Position numbers and translations under genes: made by a program
Notes under the pieces: generated by a model
Told to the model about the DNA's origin: nothing
What the model saw: the letters and a program-made list of their open reading frames with translations, nothing else
Databases searched by the model: none
Shown: positions 19,349-28,405 of the stretch, piece after piece
Layout of the letters: each line of letters begins with the position of its first letter
How positions within the stretch are numbered: position 1 is the first letter of the stretch
Virus record (IMG/VR): IMGVR_UViG_2747842506_000001
Location: 1 to 64,000 of that record
Strand: one strand, 5' to 3'
Origin: a virus
Taxonomy: Duplodnaviria > Caudoviricetes
DNA length: 64,000 bases

Positions 19349-20743
19349 TTAGATGAAGCTGACCATGCCGGAGCCTGTCCCGGTCGATAGGTAGTTGAGC
19401 GCCTGCGTGGTAGAGTCCACGCGGTCGTCGTGAGGCGCTGTGGGGAAGGAGACGAGTTCCTCGATGTAGTCGCGAACCCAGGGGTGTTCTGCATCCTGCT
19501 TGGGGATGAACACGTTGCCAGCCTCAAAGAGGGGGCTGACAGCGAAGGCTCTCGCTTCCTTTGAACCTTGCGGAGTGTAGGGGACGATTCCGCTGATCTG
19601 GTTCTTCAATGCGCTTATGATTGCAGGGCCGTTGGCCTTGTCTTCTATGATTTTTTTCAATGCCCTTGGGTGTTTCACTGTGACCCTCTGCAAAGTCCTT
19701 ATGCTGGAGACGAAATCCATCTTCTCGCAGACGCAATCGATGAGGTAGTATCGCGCGCCTACCTTTCCCCAGACAGTTCCCGCCACGTTGTCGCTGGAGG
19801 CGCTGTCCGTGAAGGTGAAGTCCCAGCTTTGAATGATCTTGTCGAAAACGGTTGGCAGGATTTCATATTCCTGCAGCCATTCCCTCTTGATGATGCTCCC
19901 GCCGACTGGTGCGGGATGCTGTTGGTAGAGTGCGTTCCAGTCGTAGCTTCCGACGTTTGCCCGAATCTTCTGGAGCATTTCCACGGGGTATCTGTCCGGG
20001 TGGAGTGCTTCTCCAATCTTTCTGTGGGGTTCGTCCACTTCCGCGATAGCGGGGTAGTTGATTACCGTCCACTGGTCTCCATCGCCACGCTTCATGGCAT
20101 TGAGCAATCTTCCTGCAAGGTCGTCCTCATGCCAGCGCGTCAGCGTGACCAGAACGCCTCCGCCTGGGGAAAGTCGCGTATAGGCTGTTGACGTGTACCA
20201 GTCCCAAACCCTGTCACGGATCGTGATGCTGTTTGCTTCCTGTCTGTCCTTCAACGGGTCGTCGATACCGAGAATGTCACAGCCCATGCCCGTGATACTT
20301 CCCCCGATACCCGTACTTCTGAAACTTCCTGTGTAGTTGGGAATTTCGATAAGGTTGGTGGAGCGTGTGAATCGGCTTCCTCGCGGGGGGAGGTGTACCT
20401 TGGGGAAGATTCTATGGAACTCGTTCGAGTCCATGATTCTCTGCACGTCCTTATTGACTCGCTTTGAAAGGCTGTCGCTATAGCTGCAGGCCATGAACGA
20501 AATGTTCGGATTGACGCCAAAGCACCAGGCCGGAAAATGCTTGGAGACTAGCTGGCTCTTTCCGTGTCGCGGAGGCATTGTCAGGATGAGGCGCGGACTT
20601 TTCCTTTCCATGACGTCCACGAAGAATCCCATGAGCCTTGCACAGATTTCCCTGTGAACCCAGCCGATGCTATAGGTTGGCATTGTCGCCTTGACGAAGG
20701 CGAGCAGGTTGCTTCTGGCAAGCGATTCAATCTGTGGAGTCAT
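19349..20743 (-). CDS. terL: Terminase large subunit
   Basis: MPPRHGKS Walker A, IDDP.K, TRWHEDDL, EDKANG, HDDRVDS. Confidence 0.95.
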   Translation of the reverse strand: MTPQIESLARSNLLAFVKATMPTYSIGWVHREICARLMGFFVDVMERKSPRLILTMPPRHGKSQLVSKHFPAWCFGVNPNISFMACSYSDSLSKRVNKDVQRIMDSNEFHRIFPKVHLPPRGSRFTRSTNLIEIPNYTGSFRSTGIGGSITGMGCDILGIDDPLKDRQEANSITIRDRVWDWYTSTAYTRLSPGGGVLVTLTRWHEDDLAGRLLNAMKRGDGDQWTVINYPAIAEVDEPHRKIGEALHPDRYPVEMLQKIRANVGSYDWNALYQQHPAPVGGSIIKREWLQEYEILPTVFDKIIQSWDFTFTDSASSDNVAGTVWGKVGARYYLIDCVCEKMDFVSSIRTLQRVTVKHPRALKKIIEDKANGPAIISALKNQISGIVPYTPQGSKEARAFAVSPLFEAGNVFIPKQDAEHPWVRDYIEELVSFPTAPHDDRVDSTTQALNYLSTGTGSGMVSFI

Positions 20744-21179
20744 TTTCGTAGATGCCTAGTTCGCGAGCCTGCCTTCTGATTTCACCCAGTTCTTCCGGAG
20801 TTGGGATTTCTCCGTTGGCGTCGATCGCGACTGTATCCGGGCAGTCCACCATCTTGTCGAGCATCTTGCGCTTTGCGCGCGTGAGCTTTGAATCCTGTGT
20901 CTCCTCCGCTATGTCAAAGACGAAACGAGCCGCCTTGATGTTTCCAGAAAGTGCCATGCCACTCATGACAGAAAGGATGGCTGCTCGAATCTGGATCGGC
21001 TTGTCGACCTGGATTCCTATGTTCCTCAGTGATTCCTTGAGCTTTCCTTCGCCAAGCGAAAACCTGGTGCCGAGAACGCTCCTAGCGACCTCGCGCGCCT
21101 CCTTGGCCTTCTGCTTGCTCCTGGACGCGGCAAGCCCTCCCAGCTTGCCGAGCTGTCTCATATCCACTGGTTCGTTCAT
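20727..21179 (-). CDS. Probable terminase small subunit
   Basis: Overlaps terL start; GKLGGLAA..K N-terminus, GNIKAARF. Confidence 0.6.
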   Translation of the reverse strand: MNEPVDMRQLGKLGGLAASRSKQKAKEAREVARSVLGTRFSLGEGKLKESLRNIGIQVDKPIQIRAAILSVMSGMALSGNIKAARFVFDIAEETQDSKLTRAKRKMLDKMVDCPDTVAIDANGEIPTPEELGEIRRQARELGIYENDSTD

Positions 21180-21182
21180 ACA

Positions 21183-21386
21183 TTAGTCGTTCCTCAAGTC
21201 CTTCCACCAGCGCAGAAAATCCGGCCAGTAGATGGTAATGCGTCCGCGCTTGCAACTGCGACGTACTGGCATCCCGCGCGTATGAATCCACTCATAGACG
21301 GTAAACGGGTTGAAGCCGATTTTCTTTGCGACCTCCTTTACGGTGAGGTAGTCCGTTTTTTGTGTTATTTGGTCTTTTTCAGCCAT
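21183..21386 (-). CDS. Excisionase-like HTH_17 DNA-binding protein
   Basis: YLTVKEVAKKIG...FTVYEWI. Confidence 0.75.
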   Translation of the reverse strand: MAEKDQITQKTDYLTVKEVAKKIGFNPFTVYEWIHTRGMPVRRSCKRGRITIYWPDFLRWWKDLRND

Positions 21387-21425
21387 TGGCTCCCTTCACG
21401 AAAGAATTTTTTATATACGGATTCC

Positions 21426-21977
21426 ATGGCTATTACCACATTTGAAGAACTGCGCATGAAGTTCAATGCGCTCAAGCAGCTGAACGAAAAGACGATTGTC
21501 GCTGGCTGGATAGACTCCAACGGCACCGCGCGAAAGGCGAAGCAGAATCTGGACTACCGGAGAAAAACGGGAAAGAGGACTGCGGCTCTGCGCGAGCCTC
21601 CATCCAATGCGCTTATCGCGAGAACGCTGAATTACGGACGCAAGGAGGGGACAACCCTTGAGGGCGTCCACTATAGCGCCATTCCCGCGCGTCCGTTCCT
21701 GCGCTTCGCCATGGAGCGGTACAGGGCCTTGATGCCAAAGATCGAACAGAAGTATATCCCCCTTGTGATTGCTGGAAAGTTCGATATTGATGCCCTATGC
21801 CTTGAGCTGGGCGTAAGATTGAAGGACTGCATCACGCTCGCCATGCGCGACAGCGCAAGATACGAGGCGTTGCATGAGGCTACGCTTATCGCGCGACGCA
21901 GGGAGAAGAACGACAGTCCGACGCCCCTCATCGACACTCATCAGCTGATTGATTCGGTGACGTTCGAGGTCAAGTGA
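21426..21977 (+). CDS. Phage neck/morphogenesis protein (HK97 gp10-like) on opposite strand
   Basis: IA....YG...IPARPFLR, PLIDT.QLIDSVTFEV. Confidence 0.75.
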   Translation: MAITTFEELRMKFNALKQLNEKTIVAGWIDSNGTARKAKQNLDYRRKTGKRTAALREPPSNALIARTLNYGRKEGTTLEGVHYSAIPARPFLRFAMERYRALMPKIEQKYIPLVIAGKFDIDALCLELGVRLKDCITLAMRDSARYEALHEATLIARRREKNDSPTPLIDTHQLIDSVTFEVK

Positions 21978-22504
21978 TTGCGGAAAACTCCGCTGGAATG
22001 AACAGTCCGAGTCACCATGGAGACGTTCCTTGCGCCTCTTGCTGTGACACAGGCGTGCTTTCCTTCGATGCTCACTTCGACGTCCTCTGAACCAGTCGCA
22101 AGGTGAATGACCTCGGCAATGTCGCTTCCTATCTTTTCCTGGAGCTGGAGACGCTTTCCCACCATTTCCGCGATACGGGCGAACTTGGAAAGTCCGAGAA
22201 CCTTGCCATGGGGAATGTAGCGGATGGAAACCTTCATGTCGTACATGAGCGCCAGATGATGCTCACAGTGGCTGAAAATCGTTATATCGTCAACCTTGAC
22301 AATCTGCCCGTCCGTCTTTTGCTTGAAGCACTTGCCGAACTTCCTTGCAATCTGTTCGTTGGTGTAGTTCTGGCCTTCGAACATTTCCGCATAATAGTCC
22401 GCAACGCGGCGGGGCGTCTCCCGAAGCCCCTCGCGATTCGGATTGTCGTTGAGTGCCTGGAGAAGCTGTCTTACCAGGCTCTCAATTTTCTTCTTCTCGA
22501 TCAT
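21941..22504 (-). CDS. folE: GTP cyclohydrolase I
   Basis: REGLRETP.RVA, SHCEHH, GLSK..R, LQLQE, H.C...RG. Confidence 0.95.
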   Translation of the reverse strand: MIEKKKIESLVRQLLQALNDNPNREGLRETPRRVADYYAEMFEGQNYTNEQIARKFGKCFKQKTDGQIVKVDDITIFSHCEHHLALMYDMKVSIRYIPHGKVLGLSKFARIAEMVGKRLQLQEKIGSDIAEVIHLATGSEDVEVSIEGKHACVTARGARNVSMVTRTVHSSGVFRNHLTSNVTESIS

Positions 22505-22823
22505 ATTCCGCGATGTTTCCTTCGCTTTCCTGTACGACGACGCGATAGCAGAACGGCACCTGTTCGCAAATCCATCTTGCGATGTTTTCCGCAGTCGGAT
22601 TGAACGGGACTACGTCATTGATGTAGGCGTGGTCCAGCTTCTCGGAAATGCTCTGCTTGATCTGCTTGAAATCCACGACCATTCCCTGGGCGTTCAGGGT
22701 CTTGCTCTTGCAACAGACCGTAATAATCCAGTTGTGTCCGTGGAGGCCGTTGCACTTGCTTTCGTAGGGTAATTCCAGACGGTGCGCGCCTGCGATTTCA
22801 AAACGCTTGCTTACCTTGAACAT
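22482..22823 (-). CDS. queD: 6-carboxytetrahydropterin synthase
   Basis: AHRL..Y.SKC..LHGHNW, VVDF, LDH, NPTAENIA. Confidence 0.95.
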   Translation of the reverse strand: MFKVSKRFEIAGAHRLELPYESKCNGLHGHNWIITVCCKSKTLNAQGMVVDFKQIKQSISEKLDHAYINDVVPFNPTAENIARWICEQVPFCYRVVVQESEGNIAEYDREEEN

Positions 22824-23392
22824 TATTCGATTCCTATGAACTTGTGCCATTGAAGTGAAAGAATCCAGCCCGGATTCTGCTTGACCAGCTCAATACAGTG
22901 GTCAAGATTCTCGCGAACAAGATTGTCGCCATCAAAACAGGGGGAAAGGCACATTCTTCTCGCTGTCTTGCATGGGGTAGGTAACGGTTCGCCAGCCTTT
23001 ATGACGAAACGAAGCTCGTCGATATTGTCCGGCTCGATCCTGCTTGTCTTGGGGCTGCAAACGATGTAGTCAATCCCTGCGGGAACTGGCTTTGTGCCGT
23101 TCGTCTCGATGGACTTGTACCAGCCTTCGAAGGCCTTGATAAGTTCCGCGTCAAGCTGGAGCGTCGGCTCGCCTCCGCAGAAGGAGACGCTTCGGCAATT
23201 TCCGCCAACTTCCTTTGCCTTTGCAATAATCTGTTCCGCGGTCATTTCCGTGAAAGGTTCATGATCCGTATCGCAGAAGGGGCATTTCATATTGCACCCG
23301 CTGAAACGCACAAAGACCTGCGGCGTTCCCACGCGCTTGCCTTCGCCCTGGATGCTGAAAAAGATTGTGTTTATCCTGTAGGTCCTAGCCAT
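22823..23392 (-). CDS. queE: 7-carboxy-7-deazaguanine synthase (radical SAM)
   Basis: FFSIQGEG, GCNMKCPFCDT, GGEP, ETNGT, SLQWHK. Confidence 0.95.
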   Translation of the reverse strand: MARTYRINTIFFSIQGEGKRVGTPQVFVRFSGCNMKCPFCDTDHEPFTEMTAEQIIAKAKEVGGNCRSVSFCGGEPTLQLDAELIKAFEGWYKSIETNGTKPVPAGIDYIVCSPKTSRIEPDNIDELRFVIKAGEPLPTPCKTARRMCLSPCFDGDNLVRENLDHCIELVKQNPGWILSLQWHKFIGIE

Positions 23393-24053
23393 TTTCACAG
23401 CCTCCCAGTTTCAAAGCGCGTTCGCGCTGTTTGCAGCTGTCGCACTTTCCACAATGGCGGTCTCCATTGTTGTAACAGCTCCAGGTGTTCTTTTCATAGT
23501 CGATTTCGATCTTGCGCCCGGCCTTGACGATTTCAGCCTTTTCCATCATGGAGAAGGGTGCGCGGATACGGACGTTGAAGGCTGGGCTTGTGCCAAGGTT
23601 TGCAGCCTTCTCGAATGCCTTGATGAAGGGAAGGGTGTCGTCATAGTATTGACCGCTTGCAAGCCCGTTGAAGCCTCCGTAGATTTCGCCTATGCCGTTC
23701 ACTTCCGCGAACATGACCGCGTAAGAGAGCAGGATTCCGTTCCTGAACTCCACATAGCTTGTGGGTATGGAGGAATCTATCTGCTTGAAGTCCCTGTTTA
23801 CGCTGATCTTCGTCTTGGAAATCAGAGAACACTTGCTTCCGGCAAACCCCAGGTCGATGGAGATAATCTTGTAGGGCTGTTTCAGTCGCTTCGCGTTCTG
23901 CGCGGCATAGGCGATTTCCTTGGATAATGTCTGCTTGTAGTCGAAAATGAGGCAGAAAACCTTCTTGCCCTGTTTCGTAAGCTGTTCCAGAACAGTCGTG
24001 CTGTCAATCCCGCCGGATAGCAGCAACACCGCATCACATTTTGATTTTTGCAT
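23385..24053 (-). CDS. queC: 7-cyano-7-deazaguanine synthase
   Basis: LLSGGIDSTT, YV.FRN, TWSCY....HCGKCDSC..R. Confidence 0.95.
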   Translation of the reverse strand: MQKSKCDAVLLLSGGIDSTTVLEQLTKQGKKVFCLIFDYKQTLSKEIAYAAQNAKRLKQPYKIISIDLGFAGSKCSLISKTKISVNRDFKQIDSSIPTSYVEFRNGILLSYAVMFAEVNGIGEIYGGFNGLASGQYYDDTLPFIKAFEKAANLGTSPAFNVRIRAPFSMMEKAEIVKAGRKIEIDYEKNTWSCYNNGDRHCGKCDSCKQRERALKLGGCENG

Positions 24054-24774
24054 ATTGCATTGCCTTGAACCATTGTTGTTTGTTGTGGAATCCAAGAGTT
24101 TTCTTGTCCTTCTTGAATTTCTTTGGCAGATGGATATTCTTCATGACTCCATCCTGAAAGAGGAAGCAGTTTCCGTACCTTTCGCCGAGGCTCCAGGTGC
24201 TTGAATCGCTGCTGAAAAAGTGGAACTTGCGCAAAAGGGGCCAGTTCGTACAGCCCAGCGCGTGAACCTTCGTGTTGTACTTCGCAGCCGTTTCCAGGAA
24301 GAAGTGGAGGGGCTTCCAGTCATTTGCCTTGAGCCACTTGCTGGAATCCGTGAATCCGGAAAGCGAGAGCGCGACGTAGGAAAAGTTTTGGACCATGTCT
24401 AGCCAGCCTTCCTTCTTGCGTCCAAGATGCCAGACGGGGATGCTCTGCTTGCCTGTGGCCCGTTCTATGCGGTTTCGGATTTCCTTGACCTTCTCGTAGC
24501 CCACAATCTCGTCAATATCCATTTCGATATAGTTGTCGATATGCTCGCACTTGATCCAGTCGATATAGGCGTCGATGTACTTGTCGTCAATCTTCTTTCC
24601 GCTCGCCATGGCTGTGAAGGCGCCACTATCCGCGATGAAGTGGTTAAATTCACGAACGTCGTTGCCCATGAGCGACGACTTGTATTCAAAGGACGTAAGG
24701 ATATTGAGTTCCTTCTTGGGGAACTTTGTGTAGAAATCGCCTACGAGTCCATCTGTTGCCATGTGGAGAAGCAT
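24034..24774 (-). CDS. dpdA: Phage DpdA-type DNA guanine transglycosylase (TGT fold)
   Basis: DSGAFTA, EMDID, IPVWH, VHALG, DSSTW; adjacent to queCED-folE. Confidence 0.8.
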   Translation of the reverse strand: MLLHMATDGLVGDFYTKFPKKELNILTSFEYKSSLMGNDVREFNHFIADSGAFTAMASGKKIDDKYIDAYIDWIKCEHIDNYIEMDIDEIVGYEKVKEIRNRIERATGKQSIPVWHLGRKKEGWLDMVQNFSYVALSLSGFTDSSKWLKANDWKPLHFFLETAAKYNTKVHALGCTNWPLLRKFHFFSSDSSTWSLGERYGNCFLFQDGVMKNIHLPKKFKKDKKTLGFHNKQQWFKAMQYAKIKM

Positions 24775-25244
24775 TATTTCTCGAAGCTCTTTCCACAGTG
24801 GGGGCAGGTGATTGTCTTGGGCTTCTTTTCCGGATTTTCCTCGTTGGTAAGGAAACTGTCGAAGTCCACGTCCTCGCTTGGGTTGAAGCCGAACTGTTCG
24901 ACATCAAATGCGATTTCGTTGAGGAAGGACAATTCCTCATTGAGCTTCGTAAAATCCCAGCCACTAGCTTCCGCCACCTTATTGTCGGCAAGTCGGAAGG
25001 CCTTGACCTGGTTTGGGGTGAGATCGTCCGCCATGATGCAGGGGATTTTCTCCATTTCCAGCTGCTGGGCGGCGAGGTAGCGGGTATGGCCGCAGACGAT
25101 TACATTATCGCGGTCGATGATGATTGGAACCTTGAAGCCGAAATTCTTGATGCTGGCGACAACCTTTTCAATCGCCATCTCATTGTTGCGGGGGTTATTC
25201 TCGTATGGCTTTATGTCCGAAATTGGAACTTCTTTTATATCCAT
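24774..25244 (-). CDS. ParB/Srx N-terminal-domain protein
   Basis: IKPYENNPRNN, GHTR..AA, RLADNK, C-terminal CPHCG. Confidence 0.9.
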   Translation of the reverse strand: MDIKEVPISDIKPYENNPRNNEMAIEKVVASIKNFGFKVPIIIDRDNVIVCGHTRYLAAQQLEMEKIPCIMADDLTPNQVKAFRLADNKVAEASGWDFTKLNEELSFLNEIAFDVEQFGFNPSEDVDFDSFLTNEENPEKKPKTITCPHCGKSFEK

Positions 25245-25455
25245 AAAAATTGAATCCTATGCAATTTCAATTAAATATAATGCAATAATAATTGTTTGTA
25301 AATAAAATTATTTGCATAGAAGTCAAATTTTTGTGGGTTTACACTCAAAAAAAGAAAACCTAACTTTAGTTAGGTTTTTGAATGGGGCAGAACTCATTTA
25401 TAAATCAAATGACTATTGACTATCCTTTGACTATCGAAAAATATCGGAGAAACAG

Positions 25456-25620
25456 ATGCCTGCTAAATGTCCCTGCTGTGGAGCGATCTTGACGGATGCA
25501 CAGGTGCGATCCATTCATTCACAGATGATAGGGAGCCGACCGAAGCCTTCTTCCGCAGAAAACGGAAAGAAGGGAGGCAGGCCCAAGGGTTCAAAGAACA
25601 AGCCGAAGGAAAGTGCATAA
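25456..25620 (+). CDS. Small basic protein with CPCC and NGKKGGRPKG (AT-hook-like) motifs
   Basis: Manually translated 54 aa MPAKCPCCGA...SAENGKKGGRPKGSKNKPKESA; RBS GGAG; terminator follows. Confidence 0.65.
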   Translation: MPAKCPCCGAILTDAQVRSIHSQMIGSRPKPSSAENGKKGGRPKGSKNKPKESA

Positions 25621-25656
25621 AAAAAGCCTCGTTCCAAGTGGAGCGAGGATTTTTTT
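25621..25656. terminator. Bidirectional terminator
   Basis: A-run, cctcgttcc-aagt-ggagcgagg, T-run; near-copy at 27615-27646. Confidence 0.65.
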
Positions 25657-25678
25657 GTCAATTTTTAGTTTTTCCTTA

Positions 25679-25723
25679 AAAAATTCAAAAAAAACTTGAC
25701 TTTGTTTTTTTTTGTTTACATTA
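25679..25723 (+). promoter_or_regulatory. Repeated moron promoter element, copy A
   Basis: aaaaattcaaaaaaaacTTGACTttg(T9)gttTACATTa. Confidence 0.6.
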
Positions 25724-25755
25724 CTATCTGAAATTTCATTTTAAGGAGTTATTAT

Positions 25756-26076
25756 ATGGATTATTTTTGCAAGAAATGCGGCTATAAGTGCAGTGATTTA
25801 TGGACTCTGGTAAACAACCCTTGCTCTATGGGCGGAAATCATGAAGCATATGAAGGACATGAAAATGGCCCGTATCACTGCAAGAAGTGCGGCTACCAAA
25901 GCAATGATTTTTGGACTCTGGTAAACAACCCTTGCTCTAAGGGCGGAAATCATGAAGCATATGAAGGACATGAAAAAGGCCCCTATCATTGTAAGAAATG
26001 TGGCTACCAGAGCAGTGACTTTTGGACACTAGTCAACAATCCTTGCTCTAAGGGCGGAAATCACGAAGCTATGTAG
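25756..26076 (+). CDS. Protein of three tandem 37-aa CxxC...C...H repeats (probable Zn-binding)
   Basis: Y.CKKCGY...D.WTLVNNPCS.GGNHEA x3; 111-bp DNA repeat. Confidence 0.8.
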   Translation: MDYFCKKCGYKCSDLWTLVNNPCSMGGNHEAYEGHENGPYHCKKCGYQSNDFWTLVNNPCSKGGNHEAYEGHEKGPYHCKKCGYQSSDFWTLVNNPCSKGGNHEAM

Positions 26077-26099
26077 TTCAAAATTTTTGAGTGATACTT

Positions 26100-26924
26100 A
26101 TGGAAAATGAAGAATTAAAAAAACCTTCTGTTTATGAAAAACAACAAATCGAAGCTATTACTACCTGGGAGAAAGAGCCGCCTTCTGTAGTGAATCAGGC
26201 TTTTGGAGTGGTGAGTAAACCAGTGGCTTGGGTTGTTCAGAAGTTAGTTCCTCAAAAGGCTATTGAAGGTGCGCTAAGTTTAGCAAATGGCGCAGGGAAT
26301 CTTCTTGCGGATACGAAGGACATTCTTAGGGATGGCAAGGTTTCGTCAATTGAAGATTTGAAACATGTAAATCTGGAAGTCTGTGATGGACTCGCCAATA
26401 GCGTCCACAACTGGGCTTTAGGAATTGCAGCCGTAGAAGGCGGCGCTGCAGGATATTTTGGCTTGCCTGGCATGGCTGTCGATATTCCTGCGTTAATTAC
26501 ATTCTCGCTCCGTTCAATACATAAAGTTGGACTTTGCTATGGATATGAGGCAAAGACTTCTGAAGATGAAAAGTTTGTGATGATGGCTCTTTCTTCCGCG
26601 GGTGCAAACAATCCTGCTGAAAAAGCCGCTTCTGTTTTGGCAATGCGTGAAATTCAACAAACCATTTTGAAACAGACTTGGAAAAAGATGGCGCAAACCG
26701 CGGCTGAAAAACAATTAAGCAAAGAAGCGGGAATTATCGCGGTCAAAAACCTTGCTAAACAACTGGGTATCAACATCACAAAACGAAAAGCATTGCAAGC
26801 CATTCCCTTCATTGGCGCTGGCATTGGAGCCACGATGAATGTTCAGTATATAAATGACATTTGTTGGGCCGCTAGAAGATCGTTCCAAAAAAGATGGCTC
26901 GAAGAAAACATGATTGAATTGTAG
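26100..26924 (+). CDS. EcsC-family protein
   Basis: EGGAAG..GLPGMAVDIPAL, IH.VGLCYGY, K.LQAIPFIGA.IGA..N. Confidence 0.85.
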   Translation: MENEELKKPSVYEKQQIEAITTWEKEPPSVVNQAFGVVSKPVAWVVQKLVPQKAIEGALSLANGAGNLLADTKDILRDGKVSSIEDLKHVNLEVCDGLANSVHNWALGIAAVEGGAAGYFGLPGMAVDIPALITFSLRSIHKVGLCYGYEAKTSEDEKFVMMALSSAGANNPAEKAASVLAMREIQQTILKQTWKKMAQTAAEKQLSKEAGIIAVKNLAKQLGINITKRKALQAIPFIGAGIGATMNVQYINDICWAARRSFQKRWLEENMIEL

Positions 26925-26954
26925 AAACTAGAATTGCATAATATGGTTTGAATT

Positions 26955-27602
26955 ATGTTTTCCATTGCTAATGTCTCGGAGCTGTTCAAGGATGCTGAAT
27001 ATGTGAACTTTTACCCCTTTGTGGGTGAAAGTTATTTTTCTGCGTCACATAAAATTCTTGTATTGGGAGAATCTCACTATGGTTCCAAAACCATAAATTC
27101 CAATCGTGATTTTACGAATTGGATTGTGGGTGATGATTATCTTTTGCCTAAAATAGATGGTAAGGGTTTTCCTCGCTACACACGAGGCTTTGATAATACA
27201 GCCCGTGTTCTAGCTGAATGTTCCAATAGGGATTCATACAAGGTTTACCGAGAAATTGCATTCTACAACTATTTTCAAGAAACAGTTGGTGAAGGCAATC
27301 ATCGATCCAAGGCATTTCTGACTCCACAGCTTGTAGAAATATCACGCAAGGCTTTAGCAGAAGTATTGGAAATCCTGAAACCGGATTTGGTTGTGGGTTG
27401 GGGTTATAGTAGGCTGGAATGGGAATGGCTCCCTCATGATCGGAAACAAATTTGGCAAGTTCCAGGCAAACTTCACCTGTTTACCATTGATGAATATCCG
27501 CCAGTTCCTTTTTGGTGTATGAAGCATCCCTCGAATTTCTTCCCGGTGGACTTGCATAGGGAATTATTTGCACTTGTAAAAGAACATCTCTGGGGCAAAT
27601 AA
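26955..27602 (+). CDS. Uracil-DNA-glycosylase-superfamily protein
   Basis: KILVLGESHYG motif A, FYNYFQ, LKPDLVV..G, C-terminal HPS. Confidence 0.65.
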   Translation: MFSIANVSELFKDAEYVNFYPFVGESYFSASHKILVLGESHYGSKTINSNRDFTNWIVGDDYLLPKIDGKGFPRYTRGFDNTARVLAECSNRDSYKVYREIAFYNYFQETVGEGNHRSKAFLTPQLVEISRKALAEVLEILKPDLVVGWGYSRLEWEWLPHDRKQIWQVPGKLHLFTIDEYPPVPFWCMKHPSNFFPVDLHRELFALVKEHLWGK

Positions 27603-27651
27603 TAGATTGTTTCCAAAAAAGCCTCGCTCCATCTGGAACGAGGCTAAATTC

Positions 27652-27810
27652 TTACTTCGCTTCGTGATTGCGAATGTTTTCTAGGGACGCGTAGAGGTGT
27701 TTAGCTCTGGCGTAATGTTCTCCGCCTTCGCCCTGCTTTGCCTTTGCCCATTCTCTATCAGCTTGTTTCTTTCTGAGAGCTAGCAGACGCTCTTTTCCAG
27801 CTTCTGTCAT
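27652..27810 (-). CDS. Small helical hypothetical protein
   Basis: Manually translated 52 aa MTEAGKERLLALRKKQADREW... Confidence 0.55.
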   Translation of the reverse strand: MTEAGKERLLALRKKQADREWAKAKQGEGGEHYARAKHLYASLENIRNHEAK

Positions 27811-27829
27811 TTGGACCATTTAGGAACCT

Positions 27830-28018
27830 CTAGTCATCTCTGCGCAATCTTTCTGCTGCTTCGTAAAGACCAGCAGCTTTTTGATTTGCAATGTTTCTTT
27901 GAGAACTGCTCAGTTTGCGATCACCGACATAGCCGCTTCTTGCTGCGTTTTCGTAGCTTCTTGCGGAGGTTTCTGCACACTTGGAAGCAAAATTCGATAG
28001 CTTATCAAAAAATCCCAT
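27830..28018 (-). CDS. Small hypothetical moron protein
   Basis: MGFFDKLSNF..., RBS GAGG, under promoter copy B. Confidence 0.6.
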   Translation of the reverse strand: MGFFDKLSNFASKCAETSARSYENAARSGYVGDRKLSSSQRNIANQKAAGLYEAAERLRRDD

Positions 28019-28062
28019 ATTTTTTCCTCTCGTGTTTTCGATCAGTTCATTCCGACCATCCT

Positions 28063-28158
28063 TAATGTAAACAAAAAAAAACATTGTCAAGTGTTTTTTG
28101 AATTTTTCTCAAAAAAGTTGTGGATAAACAAAAAAATCCGCCGAAACAGCGGATTTTG
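28063..28158 (-). promoter_or_regulatory. Terminator + repeated moron promoter, copy B
   Basis: Hairpin aaaatccgc..gcggatttt, then (minus strand) TTGACAatg(T9)gttTACATTa. Confidence 0.65.
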
Positions 28159-28181
28159 AGTTGGGTTTTGGCAACAAATAA

Positions 28182-28328
28182 TTATGGCATACTCTTGCTT
28201 AAATCTTCCATGAGTTTTGAAAGTTTTTCTAAAAAGGCAGGGAGTCGTTTTAAGATCGCCCAAAGAACCTTAAATGGAACTTTGATTATTTTTAAAAGAA
28301 CTTGCCCGATTTCTTTAGTAGTTTCCAT
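28182..28328 (-). CDS. Small amphipathic hypothetical protein
   Basis: 48 aa METTKEIGQVLLKIIKVPFKVLWAIL; RBS AGGGA. Confidence 0.5.
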   Translation of the reverse strand: METTKEIGQVLLKIIKVPFKVLWAILKRLPAFLEKLSKLMEDLSKSMP

Positions 28329-28405
28329 GGTCTTTTCCCTTTTTTTGCATGATTTAAAAAGCCTCACTCAAAACTGAGCGAGGTTTTTCGCTTGAAGATG
28401 GAATG

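Noticed and set aside
21941-24774. Host queuosine tRNA pathway with preQ1 riboswitch
   Set aside because: No queF or queA; the TGT-like protein is short and lacks the Zn motif; context is parB/terminase; no preQ1 aptamer recognised upstream
28119-28127. Perfect DnaA box TTATCCACA
   Set aside because: Single site, degenerate in the sister repeat at about 28746; no origin context
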